Assembly: GCA_031414775.1 (NCBI GenBank)
Contig: JANOQI010000036.1
Location: 64,001-128,000, forward strand
From: Synechococcales cyanobacterium VAR_4_metabat_354
GTDB taxonomy: Bacteria > Cyanobacteriota > Cyanobacteriia > Cyanobacteriales > Chamaesiphonaceae
DNA length: 64,000 bases
Direction: 5' to 3'
A model generated the notes under the pieces. It saw only the letters and a program-made list of their open reading frames with translations. It searched no databases and was not told where the DNA came from. Below, piece after piece: positions 20,401 through 30,035 of the stretch. The position numbers and the translations under genes were made by a program. How positions within the stretch are numbered: position 1 is the first letter of the stretch; every line of letters starts with the position of its first letter.

Positions 20401-20992
20401 TAACACTCTTAATGGAGACAATCTTGCTAACTATCTGCAAGATGATACTAACCCCTATGATGACAACACCATCGAAACTTCCTTAGCACCTTCCACGAAT
20501 TTTCCAGCTGCCGACACCACGTTTTGGCCAGAAACTACTGGCAAAACTAGTAGCGATTTCTTACTGGGTGGTATGAATGGCGGCAACATCAAACCCAAAG
20601 ATGTCATCGAGTACACCATCTACTTCCTCTCTAATGGTGATTCTACCGCCACTAATGTGCTGTTCTGCGATCGGGTACCTGCTAACGTTACCTTTATGCC
20701 TACCGCCTTTGATTCTTCTACGACTAAAGCCCCTGGTGGGGTGACCGAAAGTAGGGGTATCCTCACCCAACTCAATGGCATCACCGCATCTTATACTAAC
20801 GTAGCCGATGGCGATGCGGCTCGCTACTTCCCAGCTGGCAACGATCCTAAACTGGTTTACCCGAAAGTGAACTGCGGTGGCACCAACGACAATGGGGCGG
20901 TCGTTGTCGATTTAGGTAGCTTACCCAATGCGACAGCTGTCGGCACTCCTGGCTCCTATGGATTTGTTCGTTTCCAAGGGCGAGTAAAGTAA
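17453..20992 (+). CDS. Large secreted surface protein 2: N-terminal NQAT strand + Ig domain, SdrD-B-like domain, right-handed beta-helix, shared C-terminal DUF11-like domain
   Basis: Signal peptide; INNQATGTF; ISGTVFEDVNYGGG; GQGSLRQFITNSN; GNTSEFS; LLVKRIT...YGFVRFQGRVK. Confidence 0.85.
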   Translation: MSNIPSLASRKKTHSPKRSKQHFNSLTRSIAILGLIAVSNSLGLSPVLAAPTAPNVSINNQATGTFTDGDEPGAPQESVVSNVVTVTVAEVAGITITADNTPEPYPNALINFDFEIKNIGNDPTKFFLPTAPSSVAGGTAGTLQIVAYVDANSTKTPLTTPINITTANDTGAIGDGTLGGNTIAGSIPAGAAIIVRVPVTVTAAVNANVSVTLGNTTGSPNASNTPYIANTNDIYTVDNADAVAGEAAGVPINGDGTTGDGDVTKHRQEASAISTVLVQNPPLKISGTVFEDVNYGGGAGRDLVSSAGVARPNVQVEIYNASGVLKGQMLTDTNGQYVFDASNVTGGLTQGNTYQIRVVNSFVTSSRPGGCAQAAAINLPPDTCFQVPVQTFRTSGDTDSNNIADADQNRVGGEVPARKDAPANSGTQNLSALNSAAGQAVESLTTVALGSLPFTGVDFGFNFDTIVNTNNIGQGSLRQFITNSNALTNSGLDQVVNPNPATGTTAIDSAPGIETSIFMIPSTALTAGSANISLSSKLTVTDDDTAIDGRTQTANIGDTNTGTVGGSGQAVGISAQVLPNYPKPEVSLSMTSSVLDAIEIQGNGDSVRGLNFSTNIHSGIIVSGGSAAKPTLIQNNIIGLKPDGTAGSVWQGITANNGIAPTKYLNTLDNLISNNSFAGASISSPGLIQGNHFFRNGTGSCDDNLSVEQSNLNTITINKNLFEESAANGIEGYGIPGGVTITENTVRTAGRNGTLCDGSIENDGIRLFGSSSKITKNIINSNGGAGVVITGSGGTKNLISQNSFYLNGGLGIDIDAKNLPASLNPTGDGVSPNDGTKNTTPNNDMDYPIITSSALSSGILTIKGYVGNVATGSPTFAGATIEFFVGAADTNDKGKVFSTDPVTVSKLHAEGQTYIGGSTPGNLCITDANGLFNCSFPNASAIDAKNITATATDTAGNTSEFSVSNIDPRVLLVKRITAINGSTNTLNGDNLANYLQDDTNPYDDNTIETSLAPSTNFPAADTTFWPETTGKTSSDFLLGGMNGGNIKPKDVIEYTIYFLSNGDSTATNVLFCDRVPANVTFMPTAFDSSTTKAPGGVTESRGILTQLNGITASYTNVADGDAARYFPAGNDPKLVYPKVNCGGTNDNGAVVVDLGSLPNATAVGTPGSYGFVRFQGRVK

Positions 20993-21013
20993 CTTCTAAT
21001 TATTTTTTTATTC

Positions 21014-21047
21014 AAGGTATTAACTAGCTATAGTTAATACCTTTTTT
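21014..21047 (+). terminator. Intrinsic terminator
   Basis: 13-bp stem AAGGTATTAACTA/TAGTTAATACCTT plus T tract. Confidence 0.8.
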
Positions 21048-21164
21048 ACTTTTAGCGTAGTAAGAAATTTATGAAAAATGGGCAAAATAAAGATACTTAT
21101 ACCAAAAAAATATTAAGAAGTCTTGCGAATTAATACTTGATTTTTTGGGAATCGCTGCCAACCG

Positions 21165-23765
21165 ATGAACATCCAGACCGTTAGCCAAAAAATATGCATA
21201 TTACTTAGTATCACTATGGCCACTTGCTGCTTATGGAGTAGCCAACCGGCACAGGCGGAAGGAAGTAAAGAACTAACCAGCAGCGGTGGTAGACGAGCGT
21301 ATCTGAGCTATCTGACAGCAGGAACCTATGGGGGTGTATTAGAGCGGACAACAATTTATGTCTATGCCGACACTGGAGAAACAATTAATTTAGGTTCTAG
21401 TGCCCATGGCGTGAATAATGGAAGAATTCAATATACCAAACCAAGTGGATCGATCGGAACTTGTGATACTAGTACAAACAGTGGTCAGATAGTCGATCGT
21501 ACCCAAGAGCTAAACGGTCCATTTCCTCTAGCTGGTGGCTATACACCCTGTACGGTAAATGTTGGGGTCGGCGAAGCTGGTATCTGGACAATCGATTTTG
21601 TTAGTCCTTACCCTGATGATGTTTATGTTAACCCAGTTGCAATTAGTGCTGCCGGAAACTGGCCGCCCCAAGATTTCTATGACTGGTTTGTAACGGCTTG
21701 GGATGTTACTGTTACCCAAGGTGCTGGAAAACTGGTGCAGCCCGGACGGGCTTATACCAATTACTTGGCGGGAAATATTGGAGCCTATCTGGCTGATTCT
21801 TTGAGTAGTGTTTTTTATGTAGTGACTCGCGATGGTTATCACTACCGGGTAGATGCCAATGGTCTTGACCCGTTTCGATTTATCTTCTTTTCTGACAATC
21901 GAGGTGTTTATAACACCACGACAGGCAAACCTACGTATCGATCTTTCGATCTTAATGCTCTATCTAGTGATACTTTTCGCGATCCCAATGCAGCAGAAAC
22001 TCCTACTTCATATACGAACAAACTATTTTTTAATCCGATCGATCCTGCCCTGCCCAGTTTGGCGGCTTCGGCAGCGGGGGGCACTTGGCTAAATCCTTCT
22101 TTAGCACCGCCCCCGCCCCCAACTACGCTAAGTATCAATGGGGTGGAGGGTACACCCAATCAAATTGGCCAAGGTTTAGGGGGTTCTTTTAATTTTACCA
22201 ACCCAGATAGTATTAACAGACCATATCAAATTACTTTAGACTTGAATGCTAATAATATTTTTGGAGATGGTAATGATCGCGTGCTACAAGGCACAGCTAA
22301 TCCAGGCACTAATTCTATTTTTTGGGATGGAAAAGATGGAAGCAACATAGTCATAAAGTCCCAAACGATTACCTTTAAAGCAGTGATTGCGACGTTGGGT
22401 GGTGAAGTGCATTTTCCGCTCATTGATGCCGAAGGAAATTCTAATGGTTTGATTTTTAAACGTTTGAATGGCCCCACCAATGGATCTTTTGCGACCCCTT
22501 CTTTCAATGCCGATCGAATTTATTATAATGATTTTCAAATGAAAGGAAACGGCGGGGTGGGCGGTTCGACAGCTATTCCCCCAGTGCCTACTAATGCCAG
22601 CGCGGGTGTGAATAGTGTCGCTGGTGCCCACCGCTGGGGTGCCGATGATGCTTATGGGTTTGGGAATGCTGCCATCATTGATACCTGGGCTTATGCGCCT
22701 GAATTCTCCACCACTGTGCTCAATATTGTAGTTAAAGGTGCAGATTTACAAATTACTAAAAATTTAACTGGATCACTGCGGAAAGGACAGACTACTACTT
22801 ACACTCTTGATGTGACTAATGCCAAAAATCCGGAGGTCGGTAGTACCAATGATGTAGTAGGGGCAAAAGTTCAAGATATCTTGTTACCGATTTTCACTAA
22901 TCCTCAAGTTGTTTCCTGCCAAATAATTAGCGGTGCAGGTAATTGTGGCATCTATGGCTTCACTGGCAATACTTTCAATGCTAAGGCGGATCTGAATAGT
23001 GGTGCTAAACTACGCTTTGAAATTCAAGCTACTTTGTCTACTGCTGCCGCTGGTACGATTACCAACAGTGCTACTGTGAATAGACCCAAAGATATTGGTG
23101 ACCCTGTTGATCAAGATGGTCTGGGTGGCACTACGAATTTGAGTGAAACTGCCACGGTCAGTAATAGTATTGCTGCTACCTCTGGTAATGCTCAAGTTCT
23201 TTTGGTGAAACGCATCACAGCTATAAATGGTAATCGCACCGAAAATTCTAATGATAGTACCAAGTTAGATAGTGTTGTTCATGATTTGACTAATGCTAAT
23301 GATATTCATCCCCATTGGCCAAGTAGCAATTACCTGCTGGGGGCGATTAATGGTGGCAAAGTGAAATCTGGTGATACGATCGAATACACCATTTATTTCT
23401 TAAATAGCGGCAAGCTCGATGCTCGCGGCGTACGAATTTGCGATCTAATTACGGCTCACCAATCATTCCAAACCGCCGCCTACGGCACGAACAAAGATTT
23501 ACAAGCACAGATTGGATTAGCTCCAGTTGTAGATTTGACTGCAAACAATGATTCGATCGATCGAACTCAAGTTTATGGAGCAAATACTGCTGTCCCCGCC
23601 GCTTGTAAGCTCAAAGCCGCCAATACCAATGGTACTGTCGATATTCCGATTACTGGTCTGGCTGGTAGTGGTTTACCCAATTTAGCTGTGGTACCGGGAT
23701 CGATCGCGGCCGGCTCTCCGAGTAATTCTTACGGTTTGGTGAGGTTTACTAACCGTGTTCCCTAA
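21165..23765 (+). CDS. Large secreted surface protein 3: unique N-domain, FlgD-like Ig, DUF11, shared C-terminal domain
   Basis: AQA-EGSKEL signal; IFWDGKDG; ADLQITK..TITNSATV; LLVKRIT...YGLVRFTNRVP. Confidence 0.85.
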   Translation: MNIQTVSQKICILLSITMATCCLWSSQPAQAEGSKELTSSGGRRAYLSYLTAGTYGGVLERTTIYVYADTGETINLGSSAHGVNNGRIQYTKPSGSIGTCDTSTNSGQIVDRTQELNGPFPLAGGYTPCTVNVGVGEAGIWTIDFVSPYPDDVYVNPVAISAAGNWPPQDFYDWFVTAWDVTVTQGAGKLVQPGRAYTNYLAGNIGAYLADSLSSVFYVVTRDGYHYRVDANGLDPFRFIFFSDNRGVYNTTTGKPTYRSFDLNALSSDTFRDPNAAETPTSYTNKLFFNPIDPALPSLAASAAGGTWLNPSLAPPPPPTTLSINGVEGTPNQIGQGLGGSFNFTNPDSINRPYQITLDLNANNIFGDGNDRVLQGTANPGTNSIFWDGKDGSNIVIKSQTITFKAVIATLGGEVHFPLIDAEGNSNGLIFKRLNGPTNGSFATPSFNADRIYYNDFQMKGNGGVGGSTAIPPVPTNASAGVNSVAGAHRWGADDAYGFGNAAIIDTWAYAPEFSTTVLNIVVKGADLQITKNLTGSLRKGQTTTYTLDVTNAKNPEVGSTNDVVGAKVQDILLPIFTNPQVVSCQIISGAGNCGIYGFTGNTFNAKADLNSGAKLRFEIQATLSTAAAGTITNSATVNRPKDIGDPVDQDGLGGTTNLSETATVSNSIAATSGNAQVLLVKRITAINGNRTENSNDSTKLDSVVHDLTNANDIHPHWPSSNYLLGAINGGKVKSGDTIEYTIYFLNSGKLDARGVRICDLITAHQSFQTAAYGTNKDLQAQIGLAPVVDLTANNDSIDRTQVYGANTAVPAACKLKAANTNGTVDIPITGLAGSGLPNLAVVPGSIAAGSPSNSYGLVRFTNRVP

Positions 23766-25800
23766 TAGTCTTAAGCACACCAAGATAACTATCCACCGTT
23801 ACTGCTGCGCAGTTGCCCTAGGAATTATTGGCCATCATTTATTCCGGTTACCTCCAGTGTCAGCACAAGTAGTTCCTCCTGGTACGGCTATTACCAACCA
23901 AGCTACTGGCAGTTTTATAGATTCCGCCGATGATAGGCTCAGAGATTTGGAATCGAATGTTGTGAGTGTAACGATGGCGGAAGTCGCTGGCATTACGATC
24001 AGTGATCCGACTATTTCTGAACCTCTAGCCAGCTTAATTGGTATTAGTGCTACTCCTTTACAGGGAATTAGTGGTGTTAATCAAAATGATATTCTCTATT
24101 TCGATTTTATCATCACCAATACTGGCAATGATCCAACTCAGTTTTTTATTCCTGGTCAACCTTTTCGGGTGACCAATGGTGTATTCGATCGTACTCAATA
24201 TGACGTAGTCCAAATTATTGAAGTCAAAGATGGTATTGGGGCGATTGTGCCTTTACCAAACAGCGTGAGTAAGATTGAAATTCCAGCTACTGGTGCCAAT
24301 ACTGGTGATCTTGGTATTTTAAACATTCTTGGTGGCGCAATTCCAGCTAATGGTAGTGTAAAAGTGCGTGTTCCGATCAAGGTGACTGGGAATAGTGGTG
24401 ACCAGATCAGAGTTGCACTTGGTGATACGGGGCTTAATGATAATAGTGTAAATACAGTCAGCCAAACCTATACTGCCTCTGATACTCTTGGTGTTGATGT
24501 TCATACTAAAGATAATATGAACAATAGTGTTCCCCTCAATAGCGTGGTAGCTGGTGAAGTCGATGGTTCACCGGCTGGTGGCGAGAAAGAAGCTTCTCGT
24601 TATGGTGAAATCTTGATTGTTGCTCCGCCCCAAATTCGAGGGTTTAAGTCAGCTAAACTAGTGATCGATCGGAATAATGATACTAAGATTAATCCAGGCG
24701 AGACAGTAGTTTGGACGATCGATTATGCGAACACTGGTAATGTCGATATTCCTGGTTTTCAAATCACTGATACTTTGCCCATCGGGGTGAACAAGCCTGA
24801 TGTTGTTACAATATTAATCGCTGGCAATCAAACAATTACTCCACTAGTCAACAGTGATTATGTTGGTAATACCACAAATACTGGTACCACCGACAATTTA
24901 TTGAAAGATCCAATTATACTTAAAGCGGGTGGGTTTATCAGAATTACAATTCCCGTGATTGTTAATAATGGTGTGGTCGGCAAGCTATTCAATCAGGCGA
25001 TAGCTAAGGCTGATAATTTGGCTGACAGTGGTATTCCTACTGATAATGTTAGTCGAACTAGCGATTTGCCAGCAGACTTGCAAACAAATATAGCAATTCC
25101 AAATAGTAGTGTGGAGCAGACAATTACAGGATCGATCGATCCCACTAGTATTATAGTAATTAGCAATCCACAGGTCTTGCTGGTGAAGAGAATTACTGCT
25201 ATTAACGGCTCTGCCATTACCCGCGATGGCATCAATATAGCTAACTATGAAGATGATCCAGCTAATCCTTACGATGACAATGATCAGACTTCACTGACTA
25301 CCACTTATCCACAATTAGCCACCGATAAATGGCCACTAACCATCAGTCATACCAGCAGCGAGTTTTTGATCGGGACAATTAATGGTGGCACAATCAAACC
25401 GAATGATTCGATCGAATATACCATTTATTTCTTATCTACTGGTGATAGTCCAGCTAATAATGTATTATTGTGCGATCGAGTTCCTAGTAATGTCGCCTTT
25501 ATTCCTACCACTTTTAATAGCTATGTAGCTCAATCTACTAATAGTGTGAACGATAGCCGAGGTGTCCTCGCTCTCATTAACGGCACAACGGCATCTTATA
25601 CCAATGTTGCTGATGGTGATGCTGTGCGTTATTTCCCACCAGGAGACGATCCAACTAAAGTTTATCCCAAGATTAGCTGTGGCGGGATAAATGATAATGG
25701 GGCAGTTGTCGTTAATTTGGGTAGTGTGCCCAATGCAACGGCTCCAGCTACCCCAGTGGGTTCTTATGGATTTGTACGCTTCCAGGGTCTGGTTAAATAA
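23755..25800 (+). CDS. Secreted surface protein 4: N-terminal NQAT strand + Ig domain, DUF11, shared C-terminal domain
   Basis: PGTAITNQATGSF; N-domain paralogous to protein 2; GFKSAK..ITDTLP..LFNQA; LLVKRIT...YGFVRFQGLVK; overlaps previous gene. Confidence 0.85.
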   Translation: MFPNSLKHTKITIHRYCCAVALGIIGHHLFRLPPVSAQVVPPGTAITNQATGSFIDSADDRLRDLESNVVSVTMAEVAGITISDPTISEPLASLIGISATPLQGISGVNQNDILYFDFIITNTGNDPTQFFIPGQPFRVTNGVFDRTQYDVVQIIEVKDGIGAIVPLPNSVSKIEIPATGANTGDLGILNILGGAIPANGSVKVRVPIKVTGNSGDQIRVALGDTGLNDNSVNTVSQTYTASDTLGVDVHTKDNMNNSVPLNSVVAGEVDGSPAGGEKEASRYGEILIVAPPQIRGFKSAKLVIDRNNDTKINPGETVVWTIDYANTGNVDIPGFQITDTLPIGVNKPDVVTILIAGNQTITPLVNSDYVGNTTNTGTTDNLLKDPIILKAGGFIRITIPVIVNNGVVGKLFNQAIAKADNLADSGIPTDNVSRTSDLPADLQTNIAIPNSSVEQTITGSIDPTSIIVISNPQVLLVKRITAINGSAITRDGINIANYEDDPANPYDDNDQTSLTTTYPQLATDKWPLTISHTSSEFLIGTINGGTIKPNDSIEYTIYFLSTGDSPANNVLLCDRVPSNVAFIPTTFNSYVAQSTNSVNDSRGVLALINGTTASYTNVADGDAVRYFPPGDDPTKVYPKISCGGINDNGAVVVNLGSVPNATAPATPVGSYGFVRFQGLVK

Positions 25801-25856
25801 CCCTAGTTAGTTCCCAATGTCAATTATCTGGTGGTCAATGGGCAACATAAGGAAAA

Positions 25857-28800
25857 ATGAAGTCTATGCCTCCGGTACCTCGATATCAACAAGATCAGTC
25901 CCACCCAGTTTCTGATAATTATCAGGCGAAAGAATGGCAAATAGCTAGCCAGATCACTAAATTAGCGATCGGACTCAGTGTGTTGGGCTATTCATTACCT
26001 GCGGTTGCAGGTAATTGTACTACTGGTGGCGGCACTGCCGACCTATCGACCATACCGTATATTAGTGCCGAAGTATCTAACAGCAGTACAGTCTCTCAAA
26101 ATATTACAAACGCTCAAAACAACGCTGATATATTAGATGACAAGTGGCGTACAGCCATATTACCGCAAACTTCTACATCCTGGGCTAGCACTAACACTGG
26201 CTCAATTTCAAACAACGTACTCAATCTATTTACCATCAATGGGATCAGTGTTGACGTTGCACTAGTGAATGTGGACTCTAGCGGTAATTGTGCGGGTGCC
26301 GTAAATAGTGGTACTTCTTCTCCAGAACTCAATAATGCACTCACATTGCAGGGCGGCGCTCCCCGTCCAAGTAGCTTGCCTAGTACTTTAGCTAGTTATT
26401 GGAATGAAAATACAGGCAGCACGAGTAATCGCAATGGTGTTCTTTTCACATTCTCTCAACCCGTTTCGGCTTTTGGTGCTTGGTTTGGCGACCTAGAAAC
26501 CCGGTCTGGTGCTAACGGCACTCCAGCTATTTTGAGACTTCTCGATGCAACAGGAAATCGGATTGGTAGCGATATTTTGATCACACCAAGTGACATAAGT
26601 AACAATGGTGGCAGCTTTGTCGCTCTCGATCAAAGTACTTGTAGCAACATAGCAAACGGTTGTGGTAATAACTCTACTCGTTGGGTCGGGTTTGTTGATA
26701 GTACCGCCAGGGTCAAACAAGCATTGGTAATTGTTGGCGATCAAACCACCTCTGCATCTACTGGTGGTAATGGAGAACACCTCAGCTTTATTGGGGCCAA
26801 TCTTGTATCGGCAAACATTGCTGGCACAGTGTTTGAAGATGTAAACTACGGTGGTGGTGCCGGTCGGCCTTTAAATACTACCGCAACTGCTCGTCGCCCA
26901 GGTGCCAGAGTAGAACTTTATGATGGATCTGGGGTATTTAAAGCATTTACAACTACAGACAGTAATGGTATTTACAAATTTGGCTACACTAATGTCACAG
27001 GTGGAATAGTTCCAGGCAACTATACAGTCCGTGTTGTTAACAACACCGTTACTTCTTCCCGTACCGGTTCAGCAAGCACCCTTCTCCCCGTACAGACTTT
27101 CCGCACTAACGGATTGACAACCGACAACATTGGTACAGCAGACCCCAATCGGGTGGGCGGCGAAACGCCAAAACTTGTCGATGCTGGTAATGGCTCGGCA
27201 ACAGTATCTTCTTTAACAACAACGACAACAACAGCCCAGAGTATTACACCAATAACAGTTGGAACAGCTGGCGCGGCTGGCATTGATTTTGGGTTCAACT
27301 TTGATACGATCGTTAATACTAATGATGCTGGCCAAGGTTCTTTGCGCCAGTTTATTACTAATAGCAATGCTCTCAAAGGGGAAGGGAGTCTTATCCAGGT
27401 TGGCCAACCGGCGGGTTATGAAACTAGCATTTTTATGATTCCTAATAGTGTTTCCAACCCCGGTCAAAACACCGGCTACACTAATCAACTAACTGGTGGT
27501 ATCGCAGTCATCAATCTGTCATCAGGTCTGTCCATTACTGATCCTAAAACTAGACTCGATGGATCAACTCAAACCACTAATATCAAAGCTACTCCTGGCG
27601 GTGCAGAAACTAACCCTGGCCAAATTGGAACCGGTGGGACAGTAGGAACAAGCACCAGCCTAGCAAATTCTCTGGCCAAATTCGACCGTCCTGAGATCGA
27701 AATCAAGGGTAAATATACTTTGACAGCTACAGGTAGTTATAACGAAATCAAAAACATCGCGTTTAATGCTAGCAACATTTCGGTTTCTGGTTCTAATTCG
27801 TTAGTGCAAGACAACTTGGTAGGTATGAGCGCTAATGGCAGTGTCGATGCTATTACGGCGGGAGTTCCTAGCTATGGAATAACCGCAGGAGCCGCTAGTA
27901 ATATTAATATCAAGCACAACTATGTGCGGGTCAATAATTCTGGCATTCGACGTGATAACAATGGCTCCAACCTGATCGTTGAGTACAACGAAGTGGATGT
28001 ACCCAGTAGTGGACATGCGGCACCATATGACGGCATCTTGCTGATAAACACTGGATCTAACGACACTATTCGTTATAATTTGGTCAAAAATATGGGAGGT
28101 GCTGGCGCCGAAATAGGTTTTGGTAGTGGAACGTTTACGAATACCCTAATTGATAATAATACTTTTAAGCATAATGGCTACATTGGCACAAATCCTTCTC
28201 GGGAAACAATGGGAGTTGTTGTTTATTCAGCTTTCAATTCTCAAATCTCCTTGAGCAACAATGTGATTACTGAAAGTAGTGGTTCTGGTGTTGTCGTATT
28301 AGGATCTACCGGTTTGAGTTTGACCAAGAATAGCATTTTTCAGAATGGTGCTATTGGTAATGGAGCTGGATTGTCGATCGATCTCGACCCCATTAATCGT
28401 GGTCCTAATACCTATGATACTGCTAATGGTGTTACACCCAATACTGGCACAGTATCTGCTAGCTTACCCAATGGCGGCATGAACTACCCCATTTTCACCA
28501 AGGTACAACGAGTTGGCAATACCCTAAAATTAGAAGGGTATATCGGTAACACCCCAGCTGGGAACTCGGCTTTTACTGGTGCCACGATCGAGATTTATAA
28601 AGCAGACAATGATAGCAACCAAAACGGCCAAGTAATTGCCGGAGACAATTTAAACAAACCCCATGGTGAAGGTCGTTACTGGATTGGCAACCTAACAGCG
28701 GGGACTAATGGCTTATTTAACTTCAGCCTGCCCATTCCGGCTAGTTTGACAGATGGTCTAACTACCACCACCTTAGGTGCTACTGATGAAATTACAGCGA

Positions 28801-29525
28801 TCGCAACTAGTAGCGCCACTGCTTCGATCGCGCCCCGCAGTACTTCGGAGTTTAGTGCTAATACACCAATTACATTAGGTAATCCCAACTTATTATTAGT
28901 TAAACGGATTACCAAAATCAATAATTCTCAGTTGATTGGTAGCCAGTATGACTTATCTAAATATATTAATGACCCAAATGATTTCTATGATGACAATGTT
29001 TTAACATCACCAATGCCAGTGCAGGTTCCCACCCTCCGACCGGACACGAATAAATGGCCAAATACACCCAATTCCACTAGTAGCACATTCTTGATTGGCG
29101 GTATTAATGGGGGCAGCGTTAAGCCCCAGGATGAGATTGAATATACCATCTACTTTCTCTCCACTGGCGATAGCACAGCCACTAACGTCTTATTCTGCGA
29201 TCGCGTTCCCAGTAATGTCACTTTTGTGCCGACAGCTTTTAATACTTATACCCTTAAAGCCACAGGCGGCATCAACGACAGTCGTGGTATTGTCGCTCTC
29301 CTGAATGGCAATACCGAATCTTACACGAATGTTGCTGATGGAGATGCTGCTCGCTACTTTCCAGCAGGTAGCAATCCCCAAGACGTTTACCCTAAAGTGA
29401 ATTGTAATGGAACCAATGACAATGGTGCCGTTGTAGTTAATTTAGGCAGTTTACCCCCGGCTACGACTCCCGGCAATCCCATTGATTCTTACGGATTTGT
29501 GCGTTTCCGGGGTCAGGTTAAGTAA
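25857..29525 (+). CDS. Large secreted surface protein 5: unique N-domain, SdrD-B-like, beta-helix, shared C-terminal domain
   Basis: IAGTVFEDVNYGGG, GQGSLRQFITNSN, TSEFS, LLVKRIT...YGFVRFRGQVK. Confidence 0.85.
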   Translation: MKSMPPVPRYQQDQSHPVSDNYQAKEWQIASQITKLAIGLSVLGYSLPAVAGNCTTGGGTADLSTIPYISAEVSNSSTVSQNITNAQNNADILDDKWRTAILPQTSTSWASTNTGSISNNVLNLFTINGISVDVALVNVDSSGNCAGAVNSGTSSPELNNALTLQGGAPRPSSLPSTLASYWNENTGSTSNRNGVLFTFSQPVSAFGAWFGDLETRSGANGTPAILRLLDATGNRIGSDILITPSDISNNGGSFVALDQSTCSNIANGCGNNSTRWVGFVDSTARVKQALVIVGDQTTSASTGGNGEHLSFIGANLVSANIAGTVFEDVNYGGGAGRPLNTTATARRPGARVELYDGSGVFKAFTTTDSNGIYKFGYTNVTGGIVPGNYTVRVVNNTVTSSRTGSASTLLPVQTFRTNGLTTDNIGTADPNRVGGETPKLVDAGNGSATVSSLTTTTTTAQSITPITVGTAGAAGIDFGFNFDTIVNTNDAGQGSLRQFITNSNALKGEGSLIQVGQPAGYETSIFMIPNSVSNPGQNTGYTNQLTGGIAVINLSSGLSITDPKTRLDGSTQTTNIKATPGGAETNPGQIGTGGTVGTSTSLANSLAKFDRPEIEIKGKYTLTATGSYNEIKNIAFNASNISVSGSNSLVQDNLVGMSANGSVDAITAGVPSYGITAGAASNINIKHNYVRVNNSGIRRDNNGSNLIVEYNEVDVPSSGHAAPYDGILLINTGSNDTIRYNLVKNMGGAGAEIGFGSGTFTNTLIDNNTFKHNGYIGTNPSRETMGVVVYSAFNSQISLSNNVITESSGSGVVVLGSTGLSLTKNSIFQNGAIGNGAGLSIDLDPINRGPNTYDTANGVTPNTGTVSASLPNGGMNYPIFTKVQRVGNTLKLEGYIGNTPAGNSAFTGATIEIYKADNDSNQNGQVIAGDNLNKPHGEGRYWIGNLTAGTNGLFNFSLPIPASLTDGLTTTTLGATDEITAIATSSATASIAPRSTSEFSANTPITLGNPNLLLVKRITKINNSQLIGSQYDLSKYINDPNDFYDDNVLTSPMPVQVPTLRPDTNKWPNTPNSTSSTFLIGGINGGSVKPQDEIEYTIYFLSTGDSTATNVLFCDRVPSNVTFVPTAFNTYTLKATGGINDSRGIVALLNGNTESYTNVADGDAARYFPAGSNPQDVYPKVNCNGTNDNGAVVVNLGSLPPATTPGNPIDSYGFVRFRGQVK

Positions 29526-29528
29526 GTT

Positions 29529-30035
29529 TTACAGTTTGGCTAAGTTCTGTCGATCGATCACAATATCCAACTCAGCATGATCACGACTAGTCAGATCGCG
29601 AGTTACCTCGCCTAAATACAACGGTTCCGATACACCTGGCTGAGGATGAGCAATCGTCCGCAATCTCACATGCATTTTGCCATCAGCAGCTCCACCCCGC
29701 CCATAAGAATAGAGATCATTAGCAGCTTGGCGCAGTGTAGCCTCAGTTTGCTCGTAAGTCAGATGGGCATCAGCCACGGCAATTACCACCTGACTATTGC
29801 CGTTGTCATAAATAAGAGAGTATCGACTTGCTCCCGGCAAAGCCGATCGAGGGGCAAGACCTAGTCCCAGTCCAAATAGTCCTACGGTCAGCACTATCAT
29901 AAAACCAGTGACTCCCACCAACCGAAAGCGAAACCCCCATTTAGCAACTAGGCCAATAATCATAAGCAGAGCAATCGCGATCGTCGCAATAGCGCTGTAC
30001 TTGCCATATTCTAGGATAGATTCAGGGGTAAACAT
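29529..30035 (-). CDS. ycf51: Ycf51 family protein (DUF2518)
   Basis: KWGFRFRLVGVTGF, ATLRQAANDLYSYGR, HPQPGVSEPLYLG. Confidence 0.88.
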   Translation of the reverse strand: MFTPESILEYGKYSAIATIAIALLMIIGLVAKWGFRFRLVGVTGFMIVLTVGLFGLGLGLAPRSALPGASRYSLIYDNGNSQVVIAVADAHLTYEQTEATLRQAANDLYSYGRGGAADGKMHVRLRTIAHPQPGVSEPLYLGEVTRDLTSRDHAELDIVIDRQNLAKL

